Of a stretch of DNA of 64,000 bases, positions 20,287 through 28,004 are shown piece by piece. This stretch comes from a virus. Below the pieces are notes generated by a model that worked only from the letters and a program-made list of their open reading frames with translations, searched no databases and was not told where the DNA came from. How positions within the stretch are numbered: position 1 is the stretch's first letter; the number at the start of each line of letters is the position of its first letter. The stretch spans positions 1-64,000 of the IMG/VR virus record IMGVR_UViG_3300021963_000080, one strand, 5' to 3'. The position numbers were made by a program, and so were the translations under genes.

Positions 20287-20514
20287 ATGAACGAGAGAAT
20301 TCAACAGTTGGCTGATAAAGTTGCCGACATGATCCCTGCTGGTGTATACACTATACACTATGAAAGTGGTCAAAGTGGCGTTGAGTTTACTGAAGATGCA
20401 CTAGAAAAGTTCGCCGAGTTGATTGTTCAAGAATGTGTTGATATTGCCGATGAATACGATGGTGTAGGTTCTACTATTGTTAGTAGGATTAAAAAACATT
20501 TCGGAGTAGAATAA
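20287..20514 (+). CDS. MNE(K/R)I..L...FAELI...HFGV family paralog
   Basis: MNERIQQLADKV...EKFAELIVQEC...IKKHFGVE. Confidence 0.7.
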   Translation: MNERIQQLADKVADMIPAGVYTIHYESGQSGVEFTEDALEKFAELIVQECVDIADEYDGVGSTIVSRIKKHFGVE

Positions 20515-21003
20515 TGAATGACCCAATAACCAATGGTTTAACGATCTTTGTAATAGTACTAGCATTCGTATTTGGATGGATATATGCACATAATACGATA
20601 GCAACAGAATGCGAAAAGCTCCAATCATTCTATGTTGGAAGCCATGTATATCAATGTAATGTAAAGAAATGAAAAAGTACTTAGACCGTGATTTCATAGA
20701 ACAAGCACTGATCTTTCTAGTAATACGGCCAGCAATATTGATATTTGCTATAGTAGTATTCGTATCAGGATTCTTCCAATGATCTATAAAGTAATCTATC
20801 TACTAGAGAGAATAGAGAATAACCAAACAATCTATAATAAAGCAGAAAGAGTATTCACCCATAAGCAAGACGCTAATAGCTTTATAGAGACATTGGGAAG
20901 AAGATTCATTATGATTAAACATATAGAGAATTGTTGTATACATTGATGTATTACTCGTTGTAGTCATAGATGTATCCGCAAATGTATAGAATATCGACCC
21001 CGT

Positions 21004-21078
21004 CTTAAACTTATATGTGCATGGTATAGAATAGGGGATAATAAGCACGAAAACCCGGCGTTAACTTAAACTTATATG
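21004..21078. repeat. 14-bp direct repeat at the left edge of the early module
   Basis: CTTAAACTTATATG at 21004-21017 and 21065-21078. Confidence 0.65.
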
Positions 21079-21344
21079 CGGTAAGGTAGCGGATTAGATG
21101 TGGCCTTATACAGCTCAGTTAAGCCTCTACGCTGTGATCCTGCTGCAGGACACGATGCCACTCCAGTTAGTACAACGGTCGCTATAAACGGCTGTATTCC
21201 CGTGCTAGACGGATCCAGTATTTTCCAGATTTTCTGCTGCGACTCACTGAGACTCCGCTGCACCCAGCTGCACTGCTACTACGCTGCTCCACTGCCGTTC
21301 TGCTGGCAGTCTGCCAATCAACTAGTGGCTATTACTACCCATGG

Positions 21345-21440
21345 CTACACACCGCAGAACACGTGGTGCTCTCGTCCTTGAATCCCCTGATAGACTGTGG
21401 TGTTCAGCACTACTACTACACGATGGCGGGAATTAGCCAT
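21345..21440 (-). CDS. 31-aa leftward mini-ORF (not in ORF track)
   Basis: GGAGGT SD, then MANSRHRVVVVLNTTVYQGIQGREHHVFCGV*, directly behind the minus-strand promoter at 21480-21508. Confidence 0.55.
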   Translation of the reverse strand: MANSRHRVVVVLNTTVYQGIQGREHHVFCGV

Positions 21441-21479
21441 AGCACCTCCCTCTCCAGCGAAGGAGATACTTAACCGTCC

Positions 21480-21508
21480 ATTATCGCAAATTCCAAAAAT
21501 TAAGTCAA
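21480..21508 (-). promoter_or_regulatory. Leftward early promoter (G-12 class)
   Basis: Minus strand TTGACT-17 nt-GATAAT. Confidence 0.7.
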
Positions 21509-21590
21509 CACCGCACAACTACGCGCACCTGGAAACGCAGTCCGCTCTCGCCGTCCACCCCCAGTCGTTGCTGTTCGAACCAATGAGTCT

Positions 21591-21619
21591 ATTATCGTTT
21601 TTTTCAGAAAATAAGTCAA
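21591..21619 (-). promoter_or_regulatory. Leftward early promoter (G-12 class)
   Basis: Minus strand TTGACT-17 nt-GATAAT. Confidence 0.7.
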
Positions 21620-21649
21620 CTACTAAAGAAACCGCATGAAACCAGGCTG

Positions 21650-21678
21650 TTGACCTTTTTACAAATTAAAAGGACAAT
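21650..21678 (+). promoter_or_regulatory. Early promoter, repeat family copy 1
   Basis: TTGACC-17 nt-GACAAT, AAAGGA RBS, ATG 21704. Confidence 0.85.
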
Positions 21679-21703
21679 GGATTCATAATTTGAAAGGAAT
21701 GAT

Positions 21704-21880
21704 ATGTTTTCGAATCTAATGAGTGAAGTTGAGTATTTGAAGAGCACTGGCCAGGTGCCTGGTATCCTGGAGGGGATTGAATACATTCTCGATAATGAAG
21801 ATCAATATCCTTCGGAAGTTCGCAGGGAATTAATGGAATTCATGCGTCAGGGTCGTCAACTGTTTAGGGAGGCTGTATAA
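21704..21880 (+). CDS. Small early protein (58 aa, not in track)
   Basis: MFSNLMSEVEYLKSTG...QLFREAV* behind promoter and RBS. Confidence 0.7.
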   Translation: MFSNLMSEVEYLKSTGQVPGILEGIEYILDNEDQYPSEVRRELMEFMRQGRQLFREAV

Positions 21881-22056
21881 TGAATGCAAGAGCAATTGGT
21901 GGAATGGAAGTTCGCGATAGAGCTTTGGAGCTTGTCGAATGCGGACTTATTGATGCAAAAACGATGCTGACTGCATGCTTGGTTTATATGTCCCAAGACG
22001 ATGTGCAAGATATGCTGTGGGTTAACCAATTTGAGGAAGTATATGATGAAGAGTGA
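21880..22056 (+). CDS. Small early protein (58 aa, not in track)
   Basis: GGAGG RBS, TAATG overlap; MNARAIGG...YMSQDDVQDML...YDEE*. Confidence 0.7.
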   Translation: MNARAIGGMEVRDRALELVECGLIDAKTMLTACLVYMSQDDVQDMLWVNQFEEVYDEE

Positions 22057-22069
22057 TATCAGATACAGA

Positions 22070-22339
22070 ATGAAGAACAAGACGTATGTCTTCCATTCAG
22101 ATCCCGGCCATGGCTGGTTGGCTGTTAAGAAGTCTGAATTGACTGAATTGCAGATCATGCAAGCGATTACTGGGTATTCTTATATGAAGGGTGAGACTGT
22201 CTATCTCGAGGAAGATTGCGACATGACTACGTTCTGCCGGAGGTTTGAGCAGATCCTTGGCCAGAAGCCGAAATTCCGGGAATCCTATTTGGAGAGAACT
22301 CCGATCCGTCACTACCCGCAATTTAAGGTCGTTTTGTGA
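22070..22339 (+). CDS. Conserved phage hypothetical protein
   Basis: FHSDPGHGWLAV and YLEEDCD motifs; start uncertain. Confidence 0.7.
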   Translation: MKNKTYVFHSDPGHGWLAVKKSELTELQIMQAITGYSYMKGETVYLEEDCDMTTFCRRFEQILGQKPKFRESYLERTPIRHYPQFKVVL

Positions 22340-22343
22340 TCTG

Positions 22344-22372
22344 TTGACCTTTTTATTAAAAAAAGGGATACT
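22344..22372 (+). promoter_or_regulatory. Early promoter copy 2
   Basis: TTGACC-17 nt-GATACT. Confidence 0.8.
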
Positions 22373-22400
22373 GGACGTATATTAAATCAGAAAGGGAATT

Positions 22401-22676
22401 ATGAACAGAGCTCAAATGAAATCCTGCTGTGCTGCAGCGATTCGTCAACTATTTAAGTATGAAGGAATCGAATCAGCATTGATCTTCAATAACATCTACT
22501 ATACCGGAACTCGCACTATTAAAGTGTATCAGGTCAGTCTCAAGCGCAGCGACGTTGATGTTCCAAAGCTGAAAGACAGAATTATGGATGTTGCTGAAGC
22601 ATTCAACTTCGACGTCAAATTCAAAACAACTCCAGGCAATATGTGGGGTGGTCCTGCATTCATCGTTAAACTGTAA
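22401..22676 (+). CDS. Early hypothetical protein
   Basis: AAAGGGA RBS behind promoter. Confidence 0.7.
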   Translation: MNRAQMKSCCAAAIRQLFKYEGIESALIFNNIYYTGTRTIKVYQVSLKRSDVDVPKLKDRIMDVAEAFNFDVKFKTTPGNMWGGPAFIVKL

Positions 22677-22684
22677 GGAATAAT

Positions 22685-22987
22685 ATGCTGACTCAAATCG
22701 ACGAGCAAATCGAAAAGCTGATGTGGGATTTCATCCACAACGATTGCAAAGTAGGCGATCGCGAGAAGACTGGTTTGGATCCACGTGCGTTCATAGGGAC
22801 GTTCTGGTATAATTATGATGCAATCATTATCGTGAAGGGTAATGAGCGAGTGCTTAATTATTATGGTGGTTTTGAATATATTGATGCTGATTATATTCGC
22901 GAGTATGGAAACTACGTCGTTTATTCAGCAGAAGCTGATCGTGTGCAAGAAGTGTTGGAAAATTTGATGGAGACGGAAGATGCCTAA
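22685..22987 (+). CDS. Early hypothetical protein
   Basis: AAGGA RBS; LNYYGGFEYID motif. Confidence 0.7.
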   Translation: MLTQIDEQIEKLMWDFIHNDCKVGDREKTGLDPRAFIGTFWYNYDAIIIVKGNERVLNYYGGFEYIDADYIREYGNYVVYSAEADRVQEVLENLMETEDA

Positions 22988-23477
22988 TTGGTGTATGAAT
23001 TCATTGCAGATCTCGGGGTCTGTAGAGCAGATTAAGGAAATCAACGAAAAGCTGGAAGCCTGCAAGGGTGAAGACTTTTTCGATATCTTCATCAAGAACG
23101 CAAAAGAAGCGGGTAGGGATGAAGACTGGTATTCATACAATCACGAGCACTATGGTTGCAAATGGAACTGTACTGCTGCGAGCTGGGATGTAGACGGAGA
23201 CGGAACAACAATCACTATCGCATTTGATAGTCCGTGGGCTCCTCCAATGCAAGTATTTGAAACGATTCAGAATACTCCAGGCCTCTCTGTATGCGCTCAA
23301 TACTACGAACCAGGAATGGGATTCGTTGGAGAATATAATGATGGCAGTGACGACTACTATGATTATGGTGGTTGCACATCAGAAGACATCTATGACAACG
23401 TCCCTGCAGAGCTAGTCGATAGCTGGGGAATCTATGAGCAGATGGTAGAGTACGAACAAGAAAATAGCGAAGAATAG
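22980..23477 (+). CDS. YubB/DUF1281-like ferredoxin-fold acidic protein
   Basis: MPNWCMN start, YGCKWN, FDSPWAPP, YYEPGMGFVG motifs. Confidence 0.75.
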   Translation: MPNWCMNSLQISGSVEQIKEINEKLEACKGEDFFDIFIKNAKEAGRDEDWYSYNHEHYGCKWNCTAASWDVDGDGTTITIAFDSPWAPPMQVFETIQNTPGLSVCAQYYEPGMGFVGEYNDGSDDYYDYGGCTSEDIYDNVPAELVDSWGIYEQMVEYEQENSEE

Positions 23478-23482
23478 CCTAG

Positions 23483-23511
23483 TTGACCTTTTATTCGAAA
23501 TAAAGGACAAT
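23483..23511 (+). promoter_or_regulatory. Early promoter copy 3
   Basis: TTGACC-17 nt-GACAAT. Confidence 0.85.
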
Positions 23512-23542
23512 GGATCCATAAGTTGAGAAAAGAAAGGGAAAT

Positions 23543-24409
23543 ATGGAAATTCGTTATGAGGGCGATCAGTTCGTCGCGGTTAATAATGGTGTTGTTGTAG
23601 CAAGCTCTAAGAACAAAGACTATCTCAAGCGCAAAGTTGCTGCGATGGTTGAGTCTATGCCTGCTAAGCCTAAGGCTGTCGAGCAGTTCGCAATCAATGA
23701 TCGGTTCACATTCACTGATCAGTTGGTTAAGATGGTTGCTAAGGGGCAGACTGCGTCTTGTGTTATCACGGGCGAAGGCGGCCTTGGCAAATCATTCACT
23801 GTGATGAAGGCCTTGCGCGATGCTGGATTGAAAGATGTATCTGAGCTGCCAATTGGCGAAGTGATTCCTCCTCGTGGCTGCTTCCGTGTGGTTAAGGGGT
23901 TCTCTACAGCGAAGGGCCTGTATCGAATCCTATTTGAGAACCAGAATTCTATTATTGTATTCGATGATTGTGACTCTATTCTCAAAGATCCAGATGCATT
24001 GAACTTGCTGAAGGGTGCGTTGGATTCATATGACAAGCGTTACATCACATGGAATACTAGTATTAATGATGATGGGCTGCCTCGTAGCTTTGAATTCAAG
24101 GGTGGAGTCGTGTTTGTATCGAATATGAGCTCGGATAAGATCAGCCAAGCTATACGTTCACGTGCGATGAATGTCGATTTGTCTATGACTACCGACCAGA
24201 AGATCGAGCGTATGGAGACGATTATGCGTTCAGATGAGTTTATGTACGATGTTCCAATGCCTTTCAAGATTGAGAGCTTGGATTTGATTCGTCAAAACAA
24301 GGATACTGCATCGGAAATCTCGTTGAGAACGTTGATTAATGTGACGAAGATCCGCAATTCTGGCAACAGTAACTGGGCTTCCCTCGCAAAATACATGCTG
24401 GTTAACTGA
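23543..24409 (+). CDS. Early P-loop/AAA+ ATPase
   Basis: ITGEGGLGKS Walker A, IIVFDDCD Walker B, LNLLKGALD, AIRSR. Confidence 0.85.
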   Translation: MEIRYEGDQFVAVNNGVVVASSKNKDYLKRKVAAMVESMPAKPKAVEQFAINDRFTFTDQLVKMVAKGQTASCVITGEGGLGKSFTVMKALRDAGLKDVSELPIGEVIPPRGCFRVVKGFSTAKGLYRILFENQNSIIVFDDCDSILKDPDALNLLKGALDSYDKRYITWNTSINDDGLPRSFEFKGGVVFVSNMSSDKISQAIRSRAMNVDLSMTTDQKIERMETIMRSDEFMYDVPMPFKIESLDLIRQNKDTASEISLRTLINVTKIRNSGNSNWASLAKYMLVN

Positions 24410-24412
24410 TTG

Positions 24413-24441
24413 TTGACCTTTTGTTCGAAATAATGGACAAT
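24413..24441 (+). promoter_or_regulatory. Early promoter copy 4
   Basis: TTGACC-17 nt-GACAAT. Confidence 0.85.
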
Positions 24442-24466
24442 GGGTCATAGTGAAAAAGGAATTATT

Positions 24467-24919
24467 ATGAAAACATATTCGAAAAGAACGGTTGTAAACG
24501 AGCGAGATGCCCGTAACACCGAGCTGACTGACCGTCTCAACCACTATAATGACTGGTTGATGGACGAAAAACGTGAATTTCCTTCCGTTTATCCTGGATA
24601 CCCCGGCGATAAAGGGAAGAAACCAACTACCGTGGTGGTAGAAAAGCCGAAATCGGCTCCTGTAAAACGTGAAAAAGGACGTAAATCTGTTATGAGTATT
24701 CAAACTGTAGGTATCAAAGTCGCTCGTTCGACTGTAAACAAGGCCCCTAAGGCCGGAACTAAGCAAGCTAAGGCGATTGAGATCGTTCGTAAGCTCGGTG
24801 TTGAGCAAAAAGCTCAGGCAATCGATGCTATTATGAGCGAATTGTCGATGTCTAAGGCTGGTGCGACGACTTATTTCCACAATAGCCGTCACACAATCGC
24901 GCGCGAAGCTTCTAAATGA
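24467..24919 (+). CDS. Basic early protein with putative C-terminal HTH
   Basis: GTKQAKAIEIV...ELSMSKAGATTYFHN; AAAGGA RBS. Confidence 0.7.
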   Translation: MKTYSKRTVVNERDARNTELTDRLNHYNDWLMDEKREFPSVYPGYPGDKGKKPTTVVVEKPKSAPVKREKGRKSVMSIQTVGIKVARSTVNKAPKAGTKQAKAIEIVRKLGVEQKAQAIDAIMSELSMSKAGATTYFHNSRHTIAREASK

Positions 24920-25131
24920 AGTACTGGCTGCTGATTGCCCTGTTCGATTATCAGGGGAATTTCGTCGGGAAGGTCCAGCAAGGACCATTCCCCGACAAGC
25001 CAGCGTGCATTGCTGCGTCTAAAATGACGGCTCCCGTGCTAGGCGATCCCCCTGCAAAGTCTCGCTGCTTCTCTGACGACCATGTCAAAGGGAAATCAAT
25101 CGACAAAGGCCCCCCATTCTTGCAAGACTAA
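24916..25131 (+). CDS. Small hypothetical protein
   Basis: ATGA overlap with the upstream gene. Confidence 0.6.
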   Translation: MKYWLLIALFDYQGNFVGKVQQGPFPDKPACIAASKMTAPVLGDPPAKSRCFSDDHVKGKSIDKGPPFLQD

Positions 25132-25147
25132 CATTAAGGACATTATA

Positions 25148-25420
25148 ATGTATACAGTATATAAATTGACAAACCAGAAAAACCGATCACAGACGTATAT
25201 CGGAACGACTGGCAACGTTGAAAAGCGAATGGAGTTGCACCAATCGCGAGCTCGAGGTGGTTTCGGATCGAATCTTCCAATCTCCAAAGCAATTAGCCGT
25301 GTGGGATTCAACAACTTCAAACTGACTTTGCTCGCCGAATTCCGCTCGCAGCACCAAGCACGTGCGCACGAGCGAGAGTTGATTGACACTTTAGAGCCCA
25401 CACTCAACGTAAACGCTTGA
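25148..25420 (+). CDS. Stand-alone minimal GIY-YIG nuclease
   Basis: VYKLTN...YIGTT..VEKRMELH, catalytic Glu in AHERELI, C-terminal PTLN. Confidence 0.8.
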   Translation: MYTVYKLTNQKNRSQTYIGTTGNVEKRMELHQSRARGGFGSNLPISKAISRVGFNNFKLTLLAEFRSQHQARAHERELIDTLEPTLNVNA

Positions 25421-25443
25421 TTTCCCAGGGTTTTATAAACCTG

Positions 25444-25472
25444 TTGACCTTTTTACAAAATAAAAGGACAAT
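25444..25472 (+). promoter_or_regulatory. Early promoter copy 5
   Basis: TTGACC-17 nt-GACAAT. Confidence 0.85.
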
Positions 25473-25502
25473 GGGGGTATGTTAAATGAGAAAGGGAATG
25501 AA

Positions 25503-26258
25503 ATGACGGAATTCGAAAGCAAGTGCTACGGTATCTCTGAAGCCACCATCCGCAAGGAATACATGAACTCTTTCACTGGTCGGATGACTGGTGTGGAAAT
25601 GGTTGCAATGGGTGTTTTGTCAGATGCTCAAGAGCTGATGACGTTTGGTCACGATCAAGCGCTTGATCAAGCTCGTAAGAATATTAACATCGCTAAGTTC
25701 ATTCTTTCTGAAATGATGGATGATCGCTTGGCTGCTGATAATTCTAAGAAGATTCACAAGGTGGCCGCATGAGCGGTTGGAGGAAAAGACAAATTATGAG
25801 TAAAATGTCAGAACTAGCAATCGAGATCGAGGAAGGTATCGAGCAAGGCCAATCAATCGACGAATTGGTTGATGGTATTGTTGGATTCGGTCTCTCGAGA
25901 TCGTATGCATTGAAGTTGGTTAATAACGTTGTTGATTTGTACTGCAAAGAAAAGGACGGCTATGAAATTCAGTAAAGATGCGTTGGTTAATGGAACGAGC
26001 TTTAAGGGTGACTTCTATGCTTACTACCACGAGATCGTAGAGGTCTTTGGTGAGCCAGATCATGGCCCGAACAATTTTGAACATGATAAGGTCACATGCG
26101 AGTGGGATCTTGAATTCGAAGACGGCACGGTTGCTACGATCTATGATTGGAAGGAACCAGAAACGCCAATGGGTCGCTATTTGTGGCACATAGGTGGTAA
26201 GTCGTACGAGGCCGTAGATCGTGTGCTGGAAACAATGGGCCGGTCTATTGCGGTGTAA
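25503..26258 (+). other. Three small early ORFs (25503-25772, ~25769-25975, 25962-26258)
   Basis: Overlapping ORFs; the last carries VFGEP...KVTCEW...ATIYDWK...WHIGG, a common phage motif set. Confidence 0.7.
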
Positions 26259-26263
26259 AGCAG

Positions 26264-26292
26264 TTGACCTTTTTTCAAATAAACGGGATAAT
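26264..26292 (+). promoter_or_regulatory. Early promoter copy 6
   Basis: TTGACC-17 nt-GATAAT. Confidence 0.85.
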
Positions 26293-26322
26293 GGATTCAT
26301 AATTTGAAAAAGGGGAACGAAG

Positions 26323-26496
26323 ATGGTTTTTGATGAGATAACGATTGAAGAAGATCCACAGTACGAAGCATATCAGCTTCAGCTGGAATATCAGCAGTAC
26401 TTGGAGTCAGATGAGTTCATTGATGAGATAAACGCAGAGTTGCAAATTATCTCTCAACAAGAAAAAGAACTCAACTCTGTTGACTTCATTGTTTAA
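26323..26496 (+). CDS. Very acidic 57-aa early protein (not in track)
   Basis: MVFDEITIEEDPQYEAYQLQLEYQQYLESDEFIDEINAELQIISQQEKELNSVDFIV*; AAGGGG RBS. Confidence 0.7.
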   Translation: MVFDEITIEEDPQYEAYQLQLEYQQYLESDEFIDEINAELQIISQQEKELNSVDFIV

Positions 26497-26508
26497 TTCA
26501 GGGATAAT
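26480..26508 (+). promoter_or_regulatory. Early promoter copy 7 (variant)
   Basis: TTGACT-17 nt-GATAAT. Confidence 0.75.
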
Positions 26509-26531
26509 CAACTTGTTGGAAAGGAAATAGT

Positions 26532-26681
26532 ATGCGATTCGAAGATATCGTTAAAGTGTTGATGGGCGAAGCCCAAGCGGTTGTGGATGCAGTGGAAGCT
26601 GCGCTGCAGTCTGATGTGACACAGTCACGCGTCTATAATAAGGGCGTGTTGGCTATGCAGGTTGAGTTCCAACCAAAATGA
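26532..26681 (+). CDS. 49-aa early protein (not in track)
   Basis: AAAGGA RBS; MRFEDIVKVLMGEAQ...VEFQPK*. Confidence 0.65.
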   Translation: MRFEDIVKVLMGEAQAVVDAVEAALQSDVTQSRVYNKGVLAMQVEFQPK

Positions 26682-26684
26682 CGT

Positions 26685-27085
26685 AGAGCGAGCTCGTCAA
26701 CTCGCAAAGCCTTAGCCTATCGGGAGATACGCGACAGGCACTATATTGAAGTGCTCTTGTAAAGCTAGATGCGTGCGCGCATATGTGGAGAGTATTTCAA
26801 TATGGGTTACCAACTCCAGTAGGGAGTATGCTAGGTACAATGTGATCGACGGATCGCGCCTGAGCGTACTTCATGAAGCCACCCGACGGTGCTGGAACAA
26901 GTTGGCGCGTAATGTGGACCAAACCTAATCGCAAGACGATTGCGTGAGAAGCTGGATGGAGTTCCAGAACGGTTAGGCCACCCCGTATTGATTAATCCGC
27001 AAGGAGAGACCGGGATATCCGGCACCAGTGGGCAGACTGGTGAATTTACCACTTTTTCCCCCGCCTTGATTTGTCAAGGCCTTCT
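26685..27085 (+). ncRNA. Large highly structured ncRNA candidate
   Basis: At least ten stems visible by eye, many with G.U pairs on the plus strand; no RBS-led ORF; ends at a terminator. Confidence 0.7.
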
Positions 27086-27087
27086 CA

Positions 27088-27115
27088 GCCCCCGCATTCG
27101 CGGGGGTCTTTTTTT
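27088..27115 (+). terminator. Rho-independent terminator
   Basis: GCCCCCGC-ATTC-GCGGGGGT followed by C and T7. Confidence 0.85.
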
Positions 27116-27118
27116 GTG

Positions 27119-27147
27119 TTGACCTTTTATCGGAAATAAAGGACAAT
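27119..27147 (+). promoter_or_regulatory. Early promoter copy 8
   Basis: TTGACC-17 nt-GACAAT. Confidence 0.85.
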
Positions 27148-27178
27148 GGGGTCATAGTTTGAAAAAAGGGAGAAAATT

Positions 27179-27950
27179 ATGATGTTGGTTATTCGCACAC
27201 AATTGATGGAAAACTACGGTGCTCACGACTGGGACGGTGAAGGCGAGTGCCCTCAGTACTGGAAGATGAAGGGTGGTTCAGAATTCAAGATCGCCAATGT
27301 TCCATTAAACATCGACCATGCAGTCGTTGTTGAGATGGCTGGTGTGGAGGAGTCCAACGATCACTATCGTGTCTCAATCATCGATTGGTCTATCGAATCT
27401 AATGACTATCTCTCTTGGTTTGAGCAATCACAGCTTGACTACGAAGGATTCATTCAATGTAAAGAGCCCCGAATTGAATATTCGGAATTGCAAGCAAAGT
27501 ACGCGGAGGCAGTATGAGTTATTTTAAGATGGATCACGGCAGTCCATTTGATCGTGGCAATGCAGACAGTTACTACGGAAGACCAAAGGATCCTCACAAG
27601 GGTGGCGTTGGTGGAGACTCTGGCCCTAGGGTAGTAGATCTCACTGCACAAGAGCTTTGGCAATACAATGCTGGGTACGATTACAACGAACTGTTTGGAG
27701 ATAGAAAATCATGGGATTGAATGACATTCAAATCGAGGGACTTAGTCCCGTGCAAATGGAGATCGCGGACGTCCTATGGAAGTTCGATACACTCGATCAG
27801 ATTGACTCGTGGATTGCCAAGATTCCTACCCGCAGAGGCCGTATTGACGCTCGCGTAGTGCAAAACATGATGGTCGCAGCGGTCCTAGATCAGCAAGATC
27901 CGGACGTAGAAGAAGCCGGCCACTATTTGCGGGCGATCCAAGGCCGTTGA
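27179..27950 (+). other. Three small early ORFs (27179-27517, 27514-27720, 27711-27950)
   Basis: ENYGAHDWDGEGECPQYWK and HGSPFDRGNADSYYGR conserved phage motifs. Confidence 0.75.
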
Positions 27951-27975
27951 CCTTTTTGTCAGAAAAGGGGATAAT
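27947..27975 (+). promoter_or_regulatory. Early promoter copy 9
   Basis: TTGACC-17 nt-GATAAT. Confidence 0.85.
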
Positions 27976-28004
27976 GGGATATATTAATTCGAAAGGGAAA
28001 GAAA

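Larger units (their letters stand above)
12587..20781 (+). other. Dense co-oriented array of ~30 small hypothetical ORFs (accessory region)
   Basis: Contiguous 40-190 aa plus-strand ORFs with overlapping or abutting stop/start codons. Confidence 0.85.

Noticed and set aside
21100-21639. Plus-strand ORFs of 93 and 80 aa
   Set aside because: GTG starts without a clear RBS, and they lie antisense to two clear promoters and an SD-led mini-ORF.
25148-25420. Intron-encoded or mobile homing endonuclease
   Set aside because: Catalytic domain only, free-standing with its own RBS, and no split host gene around it.
26746-27155. Four 60-73 aa ORFs in the track over the 26.7-27.1 kb region
   Set aside because: Mostly non-ATG starts, no RBS, mutually overlapping; base pairing explains the region better.
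21650-27975. Recurrent GTTGACCTTTT...GGACAATGG motif as a CRISPR or other repeat array
   Set aside because: Spacing is irregular (0.2-1.1 kb), genes lie between copies, and each copy has -35/17/-10 geometry plus an RBS, so these are promoters.
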